Position numbers and translations under genes: made by a program. A DNA stretch of 64,000 nt, taken from assembly GCA_965220655.1 (NCBI GenBank), contig CBDCQO010000012.1:368268-432267 (forward strand), in the 5' to 3' direction. This DNA is from Dehalococcoidia bacterium. GTDB lineage: Bacteria > Chloroflexota > Dehalococcoidia > Lucifugimonadales > Australimonadaceae. The first letter of the stretch is position 1, and each line of letters begins with the position of its first letter. This document shows positions 18,725 through 27,742 of this stretch, one piece after another. The notes beneath the pieces are model-generated. The model was not told the DNA's origin. It saw only the letters and a list, made by a program, of their open reading frames with translations, and ran no database searches.

Positions 18725-18970
18725 ATGAACCTGGAAGGCATCGAAGCAGGCGCGCGCCTGGTAACTGTGAGCGGGGACGTTGTCGAATTGCTGAGCGTGA
18801 GCGCGGACGGCGCTACCGCGAGCGTCCGGTTCGTCGACGTTCTGGGCGGAGCGGACGTCGCCGAGGGCGACGAGGCATCGCTCCCGGCCGAGGACATCGC
18901 TACGGTCGACGGCAACCGTTTCGTGGGGCCTGGCCGCACGGCTTCCTATACCGGTGACAGCCGCGCATAG
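18725..18970 (+). CDS. Hypothetical acidic 81-aa protein
   Basis: ORF 21 nt after the oxygenase stop, with GGAG 8 nt upstream. No Cys and no recognisable family. Confidence 0.45.
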   Translation: MNLEGIEAGARLVTVSGDVVELLSVSADGATASVRFVDVLGGADVAEGDEASLPAEDIATVDGNRFVGPGRTASYTGDSRA

Positions 18971-18998
18971 GCTGTCGCCGGCATCATCGAGGAGGGTG

Positions 18999-19029
18999 TT
19001 GACCCTCACGCAGCGTCAGGCTTTACGCT
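18999..19029 (+). promoter_or_regulatory. MerR-type promoter/operator: TTGACC, 19-nt spacer with dyad, TACGCT
   Basis: -35 at 18999-19004 and -10 at 19024-19029. Spacer is exactly 19 nt and contains the dyad CCTcACGCaGCGTcAGG (19004-19020, 7/8 arm positions complementary). ATG is 9 nt after the -10 with no SD. Confidence 0.5.
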
Positions 19030-19038
19030 GATGCTGTT

Positions 19039-19788
19039 ATGAACACGGGTCCACACCTTTACCGGATCGGGGAGCTGGCTGCGCGGGTCGGCGTGTCTGT
19101 TCGGACGCTGCATCATTACGACCGCCTCGGCCTCGTGCAACCGTCGGCTCGCTCGGAGTCCGGCTATCGCCTCTATGGAGAGGCCGACTTTCTCCGCCTG
19201 CAACAGGTGCTCACTCTGCGTTGCCTGGGATTCCCCCTGCGCCGCATCCGAGACGTGCTGGATGGCGAGGACTTCGACGTATCCGCGTCGCTGCGCATCC
19301 AGCGCCACGCCCTACGGGAACGCATCGAGGAGTTGCGGCGTATCGAGTCGGCGATAGGGGACGCGCTTACTGCGCATGAGCGCGGCGGAACATGGGACTG
19401 GAACCTGGTACTGACGGCTGCGGAGGCGGCTGGGAACAGCAGCGGAGGTAACGTGATGGAGAGGTACTACACGCCGGAACAGATGGCGCAGTTCGCGGAG
19501 CTGCGCGCCGAGACGGCGCCTGAGGAGATCGAGGCCGTCGAACGCGAGTGGACGGCGCTGTTGGCGGACGTGCGAGCCTCGCGCGGGCTCGAACCTGCCA
19601 GCCCGGAGGCGAAGGCGCTCGTAGCAAGGTGGGACGCGCTGCAGGAGCGGACGATGGCGCACTTCGCGAGCAAGCCCGGGCTCGTGGAGGCGATAGGCCG
19701 CAACTACGAGGCGGGTTCGTTCGAGGGCATGGACCGCGCGCCGCAGGCGGAGGACTTCGCGTTCATCCAGCGGACGCGGGAGGCATAG
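19039..19788 (+). CDS. MerR-family transcriptional regulator with TipAS-like C-terminal domain (TipAL/Mta type)
   Basis: YRIGELAARVGVSVRTLHHYDRLGL HTH. C-terminal half ERYYTPEQMAQF.. resembles the TipAS ligand domain. Confidence 0.85.
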   Translation: MNTGPHLYRIGELAARVGVSVRTLHHYDRLGLVQPSARSESGYRLYGEADFLRLQQVLTLRCLGFPLRRIRDVLDGEDFDVSASLRIQRHALRERIEELRRIESAIGDALTAHERGGTWDWNLVLTAAEAAGNSSGGNVMERYYTPEQMAQFAELRAETAPEEIEAVEREWTALLADVRASRGLEPASPEAKALVARWDALQERTMAHFASKPGLVEAIGRNYEAGSFEGMDRAPQAEDFAFIQRTREA

Positions 19789-19795
19789 GCCAGCC

Positions 19796-20794
19796 TTACT
19801 CGGCCCCTAGGTAGCGGAGCGCGTTCTTCCAGCCGATGAGCTCGCGCTCCTCGGAGCCGAGGCCGAGCGCGTCGAACTCTTCCTCCGGCGACGGCGTCTT
19901 CGGGCCTGTGCCCTGCCAGTCCGACCCGATCATCACCTGGCTTGCGCCCACATGGTCTATCAGATAGCGCAGCGGGGCCGTACCGAACGTGATGTCGTCG
20001 TAGTAGAGCATCGAGGCGTACTCCATCGGCGCTTTGGGAAGGAGCTTGCGGACAGGCTCGCGCGAGTGCCAGTTCTCATCGCTTCGGGCGAGCAGTTGCA
20101 TGAGCACACCGCCGCCGTGGCTGATGCAGATGCGCAGGTCGGGTAGTTCCTCGAGCAGCCCGCTCCAGATGATCGACGCGCCTGCCAGCCCAGACTCGAT
20201 GGGGAAACCAAGCGGCGCATCGGCCACGATGGGCGGGATGTGCGCCAGCCTGTCCGCAAACGTGGGACGGTTCGCGTGCGGGAACACCGCGAGGCCCAGG
20301 GCGGCGGCCTCGTTGAAGAAGGGGCGGAACCGCTCCTCGCCAAGGCTGCGGCCCTCGATGTTGGAGCGTATCTCAACCCCGTGCAGGCCGAGTTCCTTGA
20401 TGACCCCCAGCTCCGCCACGGCGAGCTCGACGTCCTGCATCGGCACGGAGCCGAGGCCATAGAAGCGCTCGGGTTCGGCGGCGACCATCCCGGCGATGGT
20501 CTCGTTCAGGTGCCGGGCGAGGTCCGCCCCGTCCTTCGGGTCGAGGTGGTACATCAGCAGTTCGGGCAGGGGAGAGAGCACCTGCTTATCCGTCCCCTGG
20601 CTGCCCATCTCGGCGGCACGCTTCGGAGCATCCCAGCAGACGTCGCGCACCGTGCGGTACTCCTCCCCGCTGATCATGATAGTGGAGCGCTCGTCGTCCT
20701 TCGGAGCCATCGAGGGGAATGCATCGCCGGACGGACGGTCGGCGAGGAAAGGGAAGTCCTTCGGCACGATGTGCGTGTGCATGTCGATAATCAT
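19796..20794 (-). CDS. Amidohydrolase_2 family protein (ACMSD-like)
   Basis: Start at MIIDMHTHIVP (ATG 20794). ..ISHGGG.. and ..IGSDWQ motifs. The track ORF runs 495 nt further upstream without support. Confidence 0.8.
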   Translation of the reverse strand: MIIDMHTHIVPKDFPFLADRPSGDAFPSMAPKDDERSTIMISGEEYRTVRDVCWDAPKRAAEMGSQGTDKQVLSPLPELLMYHLDPKDGADLARHLNETIAGMVAAEPERFYGLGSVPMQDVELAVAELGVIKELGLHGVEIRSNIEGRSLGEERFRPFFNEAAALGLAVFPHANRPTFADRLAHIPPIVADAPLGFPIESGLAGASIIWSGLLEELPDLRICISHGGGVLMQLLARSDENWHSREPVRKLLPKAPMEYASMLYYDDITFGTAPLRYLIDHVGASQVMIGSDWQGTGPKTPSPEEEFDALGLGSEERELIGWKNALRYLGAE

Positions 20795-20917
20795 GGAATG
20801 TCGCCCTTCGCAGTGGTGTGCGCGCCGTAGCCTACCATCGCGCGCAGTGCCTTCGCAGAGGCTTGCCGGCGGAGTATGCTGTGGGCAGAATCCCAGGGAA
20901 GAACAAGGAGGTCGGTC

Positions 20918-21319
20918 ATGGCGCTTCAGTTGGACCACACGATCGTTCCCGCCTACGACAAGGTGAAGTCCGCCGAGTTCATCGCGCGGATGTTCGGGCT
21001 CACGTACGACGGCCCCTACGGCCACTTCGCGCCGGTGAAGATCAACGACAAGCTCACGCTGGACTTCGACGACCTGAAGCAGGGCGAGACGAAGCCGCGC
21101 TCCAACCACTATGCGTTCCTCGCCTCCGACCAGGAGTTCGACGAGATACTGGGGCGGATCAAGGACGAGGGCGTCGTGTACGGCAGCGGGCCCGGCACAC
21201 GTACGGACGGCAAAATCAACTACAAGCACCAGGGCCGCGGCTTCTACTTCGAATGCGAGAACGGCCACGTGTGGGAAGTCATCACCCACACCTACATCGC
21301 CAGCTCGCTGACCAACTGA
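20918..21319 (+). CDS. VOC (glyoxalase/bleomycin-resistance fold) family protein
   Basis: MALQLDHTIVPAYD.. with AAGGAG SD 7 nt upstream. HYAFL.. and a beta-alpha-beta-beta-beta-like pattern. Confidence 0.65.
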   Translation: MALQLDHTIVPAYDKVKSAEFIARMFGLTYDGPYGHFAPVKINDKLTLDFDDLKQGETKPRSNHYAFLASDQEFDEILGRIKDEGVVYGSGPGTRTDGKINYKHQGRGFYFECENGHVWEVITHTYIASSLTN

Positions 21320-21347
21320 TCCATCTCACCTCGAAGGAGCCACACCC

Positions 21348-21710
21348 TTGGACGACGCAGCACGCAAGGCGCTGGAGACCGACAGACTCGTCGACATCAC
21401 GACCATCGGACGGAAGAGCGGCAACCCGCACCGTAAGGAGGTGCGGCTTCGCCAACTGGACGGCCAGCCGTACCTCTCCAATAACCCCGGCACACGGGAC
21501 TGGGCGGCGAACCTGTTCGCGAACCCGGAGTTCACGTACCACCTGAAGGAGAGCGTGCAGCGCGACCTGCGAGCACGCGCCACGCTGGTGCGCGACGTCG
21601 ACGAGAAGCGCGCGCTTCTCACGCGCATCCTGGCGAAAGAGGACGCGCTGGACACTGTCGAGGCGCGCGTCGCCGGCAGCCACCTCTTCCGGGTCGAGGT
21701 GCTCGACTGA
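21348..21710 (+). CDS. Deazaflavin (F420)-dependent nitroreductase-family protein (DUF385-like)
   Basis: 120 aa. ITTIGRKSGNPHRKEV motif typical of the family. TTG start after an AAGGAG SD. Confidence 0.65.
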   Translation: MDDAARKALETDRLVDITTIGRKSGNPHRKEVRLRQLDGQPYLSNNPGTRDWAANLFANPEFTYHLKESVQRDLRARATLVRDVDEKRALLTRILAKEDALDTVEARVAGSHLFRVEVLD

Positions 21711-21722
21711 CGAGCGGAACTC

Positions 21723-22565
21723 CTAGTCCGGCAGGAAGTCGAGCAGCGCGGCGTTCAGTTCGTTCGGCGCCCCGGTCGGGATCCAGTGGTCGCAATCGAA
21801 GACCACCATCCTGGAGCCGGGGATGCCGGCGTGGGTCATCTCACCCATCTCAAGGGCGTTCGTCGAGTCGTTCCTGCCCCAGACCACGAGCGTGGGAACG
21901 GGGATGTGCGGGAAGCGGCGGACGGTGTTGTAGCGGCGCCGCGTCTCCATATTGTTCATGTGGTTCAGCACGCGCTGGTAGGCCGCGAGCCGCTCCGGGC
22001 TCTGAGTGAGCGCGTAGTGGTAGTCGGCCATCTCCTCTAGGTCTACGTCGGCATTTACCCTGATCTGGAGGCTGGAGAGGATCTGGTCGCGTGACGGGGG
22101 CTGGAACTGCACCATGCTCGGCAACTGGCGCGGCATCGCCCCGCCGCTGGCAACGAGGACGAGCTTGTTGAGCCGGTGTGGGCTCTCGTAGCCGAACAGC
22201 GACGCGATCCAACCGCCCATCGAATGGCCCACGAGGTTGGTCTTCTCCAGGCCCAGCACGTCCTGGAACTCGCGCAGGAAGTCCACGAGGTAGGCGAACG
22301 AGTACTCCTGATCGAGCCAGCCCTCGCCCTTGCCCCAGGCGAGCGCGTCCACCGCGATGACACGCAGCTTGCTGGAGAGTGGCCCGATGTTCAGCATCCA
22401 GTCGTGAGCGCCGCTCGTGAAGCCGACACCGTGCAGGAGGATGGTGGGATAGCCGTCGCCCGCCTCGATATAGCGGGTGGTGCCGTGGCTCATCTCCACG
22501 AATTTCTCTTCGGCGTTCTCGATAACCACGCTGCCCAGGTTCACGCTCATATCATCCTCCGTCAT
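21723..22565 (-). CDS. Alpha/beta hydrolase (meta-cleavage-product / C-C hydrolase-like)
   Basis: TILLHGVG oxyanion region and VGHSMGGW elbow. Start taken at ATG 22565; ATG 22550 is also possible. Confidence 0.75.
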   Translation of the reverse strand: MTEDDMSVNLGSVVIENAEEKFVEMSHGTTRYIEAGDGYPTILLHGVGFTSGAHDWMLNIGPLSSKLRVIAVDALAWGKGEGWLDQEYSFAYLVDFLREFQDVLGLEKTNLVGHSMGGWIASLFGYESPHRLNKLVLVASGGAMPRQLPSMVQFQPPSRDQILSSLQIRVNADVDLEEMADYHYALTQSPERLAAYQRVLNHMNNMETRRRYNTVRRFPHIPVPTLVVWGRNDSTNALEMGEMTHAGIPGSRMVVFDCDHWIPTGAPNELNAALLDFLPD

Positions 22566-22654
22566 GAAAATGCGCCCCTTCCGGGCGCGCCTGCGTATCG
22601 TGCGAGTGCGCGGTAGCGGTGTCAAGTGCGGGCGCAGTCGTGTACGCTTCCGGC

Positions 22655-23176
22655 ATGCAGTCGAAAACGCCGTTCCTCTTCTCCATGCCTCCGCTCTTCG
22701 CGTGGCCGCTCGCGGTTATGAGCAGCATCGCGCTGCTCCTTGCGGCCGCTTTGATGTTCGGGGGATCCGCTCAGCAGAGTGAGACCACGACACAGGATAC
22801 CGACGAGGTTACCGAGGTGACCCGGGAAGTCAGTTCGGTCGAGCAGGCCGTCTACCTCGGCCTGCTCATAGTGCCTGTCGGGCTGATCCCCATGATGGCT
22901 CGCCGCAAGCGCATGAACACCATGCGATGGTCTATCGCGGGCGTCGGCGTCGGGTTCCTGCAACTGGTTACGCAGATGATCTTCGTGCACCCGCTCATGG
23001 TGCTGCTAGCGCTCGTGTACCTCCGACCTCGGCCCCCGGCGGCGCCTGCTCCGGCGCCGGACGTGCGCTCATCCGAAGTCCAGAAGGCTGAGCCAGCGGA
23101 CGCGCTGCCCGACCAGGGGGCCGCTCCGCCTGTGCGTCGCCGCCCGCCGCGCCGCCGCAGGCGTCCCCGCTTCTAG
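22655..23176 (+). CDS. Hypothetical membrane protein with Pro/Arg-rich C-terminus
   Basis: 3-4 hydrophobic segments, then ..PRPPAAPAPAPD..RRRPPRRRRRPRF. TACGCT hexamer lies 6 nt upstream of the ATG with no SD. Confidence 0.5.
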   Translation: MQSKTPFLFSMPPLFAWPLAVMSSIALLLAAALMFGGSAQQSETTTQDTDEVTEVTREVSSVEQAVYLGLLIVPVGLIPMMARRKRMNTMRWSIAGVGVGFLQLVTQMIFVHPLMVLLALVYLRPRPPAAPAPAPDVRSSEVQKAEPADALPDQGAAPPVRRRPPRRRRRPRF

Positions 23177-23204
23177 GCAGGTGCGGTACGATAGGAGCCT
23201 CGGC

Positions 23205-23288
23205 GGGGAAGTGGCGGAACGGCAGACGCGCATGATTTAGGATCATGTGCCCTCGGGCGTGGGAGTTCGAGTCTCCCCTTCCCCACCA
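23205..23288 (+). tRNA. tRNA-Leu (anticodon TAG), type II with long variable arm, CCA encoded
   Basis: Hand-folded. Acceptor GGGGAAG/CTTCCCC, anticodon stem CATGA/TCATG with loop TTTAGGA, T-arm GGGAG-TTCGAGT-CTCCC, discriminator A plus CCA. Confidence 0.9.
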
Positions 23289-23348
23289 TGCTTACCTATC
23301 CACCGCTCACCTATCCACTGCGGAGGCACCGCCGCACCCGGTCCTCCT

Positions 23349-24089
23349 CTATCCGGCGCGGACGCCGCCGTCCACGGTGATATCGGAGCCGGTGATGAAA
23401 TCGGCCTCGTCGGAGGCGAGGAAGGCGACCGCGGCCGCAACGTCCTGCGGAGTGCCCTGCCTGCCTACGAGGTTCGTGACCTGCCAGTTTCGCGGGGGAG
23501 CACCCGGCTCGGCCTCGGTAAGTATGCGGTTGGGAGTAACCGTGTTGACCCTGATGCCGTGCGGGGCAAGCTGGATGGCGAGCGACCGGCTGAGGTTATA
23601 GACCCCGGCTTTCGCCGAGGGGTACGCGACGGCGCCCGTGCGTCCCGCGAGCCCGGAAGTCGAGCCGATGTTGATGATGCGCCCGCCATGGCCCTGGTCG
23701 ACCATGCGGTGGGCGACGTACTTGGAGACGAGGAAGACGCTCTTGAGGGAGACGTTGATGACCCGGTCCCACTCGGACTCGTCGGTCTCGAGGATGTCCT
23801 TCCGGTCGACGACGCCGACGTTGTTCACGAGGCCGTAGATGTCGCCCCAGGCGTCGACGACCCTGGCTACCATCGCCTGAACGTCGGCGCTGTCGGTGAC
23901 GTCGCAGGCGATGGGGAGCGCCGCATCGGGATGGGCGGCGTTGATGTCGCCGGCGACGGCCTCGGCGCGCTCACGGATGACGTCCACGACGGCAACGCGC
24001 GCGCCCTCGCCGGCGAGGGTATGGGCGATGCCCTCGCCGATGTTGCGTCCGGACCCGGTTACGATGATCGTCCTGTTCTGCAGGCGCAT
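23349..24089 (-). CDS. Short-chain dehydrogenase/reductase
   Basis: Start MRLQNRTIIVTGSGRNIGEG (ATG 24089). YPSAKAG catalytic motif. Confidence 0.85.
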   Translation of the reverse strand: MRLQNRTIIVTGSGRNIGEGIAHTLAGEGARVAVVDVIRERAEAVAGDINAAHPDAALPIACDVTDSADVQAMVARVVDAWGDIYGLVNNVGVVDRKDILETDESEWDRVINVSLKSVFLVSKYVAHRMVDQGHGGRIINIGSTSGLAGRTGAVAYPSAKAGVYNLSRSLAIQLAPHGIRVNTVTPNRILTEAEPGAPPRNWQVTNLVGRQGTPQDVAAAVAFLASDEADFITGSDITVDGGVRAG

Positions 24090-24127
24090 GGGCTTCCTCG
24101 CTCTGGTGGTCTGTGCGCGCTGGACGG

Positions 24128-24898
24128 CTATCGGGTCGGCTGAGGCGCAGCGGCGAGCGCGCCACGGAAGAACTGCAGGAGCAGTTGCCATGATTCCGCG
24201 GCGGGAGCAGGGGTCCAGCGCACGGGGTTGAACGGGTCGTTGAAGGCGTGGGGAGCTCCCTCGAAGCGGTGGAAGGTATGCGGGACCCCCAGGCTGTCGA
24301 GTTCGCGGTCCACCTCGTCGACGTCGGCCGGGCTGGGGTTCTGGTCCTCGCTGCCAAAGAAGCCGACGAGCGGGCAGCGGATGTCGAAGGCGAACGAGAG
24401 GGGGGCCGGATCGCCGCCGCGTCCACGGTTCATGTCGGTGCCGTAGAAGATGGCGGAGGCGGCGAACTCATCGGAGGCCCCGGCCATGTAGAGGGAGACG
24501 CGTCCGCCGAGGCAGAACCCGGTGATACCCACCGGGGAACTCCCGACCTGCGGCAGCACCCGCAGGCAGGCCAATGCAGCGAGGCAGTCGCTGTGGAGGG
24601 TTTCGAGGGTGGTGATGCTTCTCCTGACGGCCGCCTCCTCCTGCCGACGCGGATCACCGAAGGGAATGGAACTGAACTCGTGGACGCTCATGTCAGTGTT
24701 GCGATGGTAGAAGTAGGGGGCTATGGCGGCGAAACCTTCGAGGGCCAGGTCGTCGCAGAACTTACGGACGCCGGCGTCGACGCCGTAGGCGTGCATCGCA
24801 ACGACGACGCCCGGGAAGGGCCCATCGCCCGCGGGCAGGGCCAGGTACGACTCCATCGGGCTGCCATCCACGTCTATGGTGGTCCACGTCGAGGCCAT
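24128..24898 (-). CDS. Dienelactone hydrolase family protein
   Basis: Start MASTWTTIDVDG.. (ATG 24898). GFCLGG nucleophile (Cys) motif. Paralogous to 49225..49986. Confidence 0.8.
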   Translation of the reverse strand: MASTWTTIDVDGSPMESYLALPAGDGPFPGVVVAMHAYGVDAGVRKFCDDLALEGFAAIAPYFYHRNTDMSVHEFSSIPFGDPRRQEEAAVRRSITTLETLHSDCLAALACLRVLPQVGSSPVGITGFCLGGRVSLYMAGASDEFAASAIFYGTDMNRGRGGDPAPLSFAFDIRCPLVGFFGSEDQNPSPADVDEVDRELDSLGVPHTFHRFEGAPHAFNDPFNPVRWTPAPAAESWQLLLQFFRGALAAAPQPTR

Positions 24899-24936
24899 GA
24901 GCGCTCCTCCCTCCCAGAGACCTTCGCTAACCCGTC

Positions 24937-26022
24937 CTACGCATTCGGCAGGATGACGGCGACCATCGCCTCCAGCGACTCGTGCACCTCGAACGCCTCG
25001 TTCACCTGCGCGAGAGGGAACCGGTGGGTGACGAGGTCCTCGACCGGCACGTCGATCATCGAGCGCAGGGCCTCCATCGAGCGGACGATGTGGCGCGGCT
25101 CCGATGCGACGACCCCGCTGACGCGCAGCGCCTTCTTGGTGATGAGCGTGGGGTTGATGTCCTGTGTGCCGTAGTCGGTCCACGGGCCGACGAGCAGGTG
25201 CTTCCCGCCAAAGCGCACCATGCGCAGTCCCTCCTGCGTCGCGCCGACCGCGCCGGAACACTCGACGACAACGTCCGCGCCCCGGCCTCCGGTCAGGCCC
25301 ATGACGGCCTCGACCCGCTCGTCGGCGCTGGTCAGTTGCTTGATGTCGATCGTCTCGTCAGCGCCGAGGCGCGTGGCAAGCTCGAGCCGTCCCGTGGGCG
25401 CTCCGATGACGATGACGCGTCCAGCTCCCAGCAGCTTCGCCTGGAGCAGGCCGCCTATGCCCATCGGCCCCGACCCCTGGATCACCACGGTGTCGCCGAG
25501 GTTCAGCCCGCCGATGCGCTCGTAGCCGTTCAGCAGCGTGTGGGTGCCGACGACGCTGAGGAGCGCGCGCTCGTTGGAGAGGTCGTCCGGTATGCGGAGG
25601 AGCCACGGGTCAGGCGGGAGGTGCACCTGCTGGCCGAACCCGCCGTACAGGTACGGCGCCTCGTTCGACGGCGTGAAGCCGGGCTGGCGGACGTTCATGC
25701 AGAACTCGCCGATCGTGCAGTTGTAGCAGTGGCCGCACGGGGAAGCGCGGAAGGTGACGCGGTCGCCCTCCTTCAACGGCTGGCCGAGCGCGTCGGTGTC
25801 ACGTTCGAGGCGGCTCGCCGCGATGGTGCCGATGTTCTCGTGTCCGAAGATGGTGGGCGTTGGCGTGTCCGGGTGGTGGATGGCGTGGGCGTCGGTGCCG
25901 CAGATGGCGGCCATCTCCATGTGGACGACCACCGCGCCCTCCTCGGGGTCGGACTGGGGGAACTCCCATATCTCCAGCGGCTTGTTCTGGCCTGTGAAGA
26001 CAGCAGCCTGGCTGTTGCTCAT
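24937..26022 (-). CDS. Zn-dependent alcohol dehydrogenase (MDR superfamily)
   Basis: Start MSNSQAAVFTG (ATG 26022). CGTDAH and GHENIG zinc motifs, structural-Zn Cys cluster CGHCYNC, GSGPMG NAD motif. Confidence 0.85.
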   Translation of the reverse strand: MSNSQAAVFTGQNKPLEIWEFPQSDPEEGAVVVHMEMAAICGTDAHAIHHPDTPTPTIFGHENIGTIAASRLERDTDALGQPLKEGDRVTFRASPCGHCYNCTIGEFCMNVRQPGFTPSNEAPYLYGGFGQQVHLPPDPWLLRIPDDLSNERALLSVVGTHTLLNGYERIGGLNLGDTVVIQGSGPMGIGGLLQAKLLGAGRVIVIGAPTGRLELATRLGADETIDIKQLTSADERVEAVMGLTGGRGADVVVECSGAVGATQEGLRMVRFGGKHLLVGPWTDYGTQDINPTLITKKALRVSGVVASEPRHIVRSMEALRSMIDVPVEDLVTHRFPLAQVNEAFEVHESLEAMVAVILPNA

Positions 26023-26104
26023 GGTGTCGCCTCCTCCCGGTGGTGGCGCAAGCATAGCGGAGCGGGGGACAGGCGGGCGACCAAGGGGGCCAACACCCTT
26101 CGCC

Positions 26105-26133
26105 TTGACACTGTTCACACCCGCCCATGTAAG
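26105..26133 (+). promoter_or_regulatory. Weak candidate promoter for the thiolase/carboxylase operon (TTGACA-17-TGTAAG)
   Basis: Consensus -35 at 26105-26110. The -10 is poor. Confidence 0.25.
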
Positions 26134-26177
26134 GTTGCGCGCGTAGCCTGTCTGAGCGCCACGATGCGAGCGAGGCG

Positions 26178-27347
26178 ATGGCCACGAACCCCAAGGTTGC
26201 GATTGCAGGAGTCGGCGAGGCACGCGGCGGACGCGCCACCGGCAAGACGACGGTGCAGTTATACGCGGAAGCGTTCCTGGACCTGTTTGCCGACTGTCCC
26301 ATAGACCCGGCCTCCATCGACGGCGTGCTCACGTCCAGCCCCGACGCGGAGCCGCACCACATGTTCTCCACCTGGCTGGTCGAGTACCTCGGGCTTCGGC
26401 CCAGGTTCACGTCGGCTGTGCAGATGGGCGGAGCGACGCCGCACTCCAACATGGCGCTCGCCGCAGCGCTGGTCGAGTCGGGGCGCTGCAGGGCGGTGAT
26501 GGTGGCCGACGGCGATAACAGGGCGTCCAAGTTCTCGCGCCAGGACAAGGTGCAGGCGATGAGCTCGCAGGTCGGGCACCTGAGCAGCCTCGAACCGCCC
26601 CACGAGTTCGACGGGCCGTACGGGCCGACCGCCCCTGCGCTGTACGGGATGATGGCCACGCGGCACATGTACGAGTACGGCTCGACACCGGAGCAGTTCG
26701 CGCGCATCGCGGTCGCGTTCAGGGCGCACGGCGCGCTCAACGAGCGGGCGCAGCTCCGCAAACCCGTCACGGTGGACGACGTGCTTGCCAGCCCCGTTAT
26801 CGCATGGCCCCTGCACCGCGACGAGTGCGCGCTCATCTCCGACTGGGGCAGCGCCATCCTCGTGACGACGCCGGAGTACGCGAACACGCTCCGGCGCGAC
26901 CCCGCTTACCTGCTCGGCCTCGGGCAGGCGCACCAGGGGTACAACCCGTACCAAGCCCCCTCGATCACGTCGTTCCCCATCAGCGAGTCCGCGGATGAGG
27001 CGTTCGGCGCCGCGGGAATCAGGCGCGACGAGGTAGACGTGCTGGAGCTGTACGACTCGTTCACGAGCACAGCGATGGTGACGCTGGAGAACATGGGGTT
27101 CTGCGGCGCAGGCGAGGGAGGCGCGTTCGTCGAGGACGGGAACATCGACCTCGGTGGGAGCCTGCCGACGAACACGCACGGGGGACTGCTCTCGTACAAC
27201 GGCGGGCATGGGCACTTCATCGTGGAGGCGACGCGGCAGCTGCGCGGCGAGTGCGGCGAGCGGCAGGTGGCGAACGCGAAGATCGCGGTATCGCAGGGGA
27301 CGGCGGCGCTCGCGTCATCGTCCATCACGCTGGTGCTGGGGACATGA
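26178..27347 (+). CDS. Thiolase-like protein (SCP-x / non-specific lipid-transfer type thiolase)
   Basis: 389 aa. N-terminus KVAIAGVGE.., C-terminal NTHGGLLS.. and GHG motifs of the thiolase fold. Paired with a DUF35 gene. Confidence 0.8.
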   Translation: MATNPKVAIAGVGEARGGRATGKTTVQLYAEAFLDLFADCPIDPASIDGVLTSSPDAEPHHMFSTWLVEYLGLRPRFTSAVQMGGATPHSNMALAAALVESGRCRAVMVADGDNRASKFSRQDKVQAMSSQVGHLSSLEPPHEFDGPYGPTAPALYGMMATRHMYEYGSTPEQFARIAVAFRAHGALNERAQLRKPVTVDDVLASPVIAWPLHRDECALISDWGSAILVTTPEYANTLRRDPAYLLGLGQAHQGYNPYQAPSITSFPISESADEAFGAAGIRRDEVDVLELYDSFTSTAMVTLENMGFCGAGEGGAFVEDGNIDLGGSLPTNTHGGLLSYNGGHGHFIVEATRQLRGECGERQVANAKIAVSQGTAALASSSITLVLGT

Positions 27348-27742
27348 CCACGGAGCGGGTGAACACGGTTACTCAGCCGTACTGGGACGGCGTGGAGCAA
27401 GGGAAGCTCATGCTCCAGTACTGCTCCGCCTGCAACGCGTACCAGCACTACGCCCGTCCACTCTGCGCGAAGTGCCATGCCGCCGAACCGGAATGGCGCG
27501 AGGCGTCGGGCAACGCCGTGCTGTATTCGTACAGCGTCGTATACCGGGGCCCCAGCCCGGCGTTCCAGGCCATCGTCCCGTACGTGACCGCCATCGTGGA
27601 GCTGGAGGAGGGGCCGCGCATGTTCACGAATATCGTGGACGCTGAGCCCGAGTCGCTGCGCGTCGGGGAGCCGGTCCGCGTTGTATTCCGGGACGGACCC
27701 GAAGGGCTGCGGCTTCCCTATTTCACTCCGGCGGGGGGCTGA
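27344..27742 (+). CDS. DUF35 Zn-ribbon/OB-fold protein (thiolase partner subunit)
   Basis: YWDGVEQGKLMLQYCSACNAYQHYARPLCAKCH rubredoxin-like knuckle followed by an OB fold. ATGA overlap with the thiolase stop. Confidence 0.8.
   Translation: MTTERVNTVTQPYWDGVEQGKLMLQYCSACNAYQHYARPLCAKCHAAEPEWREASGNAVLYSYSVVYRGPSPAFQAIVPYVTAIVELEEGPRMFTNIVDAEPESLRVGEPVRVVFRDGPEGLRLPYFTPAGG

Noticed and set aside
23294-23318. 10-nt direct repeat (acctatccac x2) just 3' of tRNA-Leu as a possible integration (att) scar
   Set aside because: It is too short. No integrase or foreign-looking segment is adjacent, and the flanking SDR/DLH/ADH genes look native in composition.
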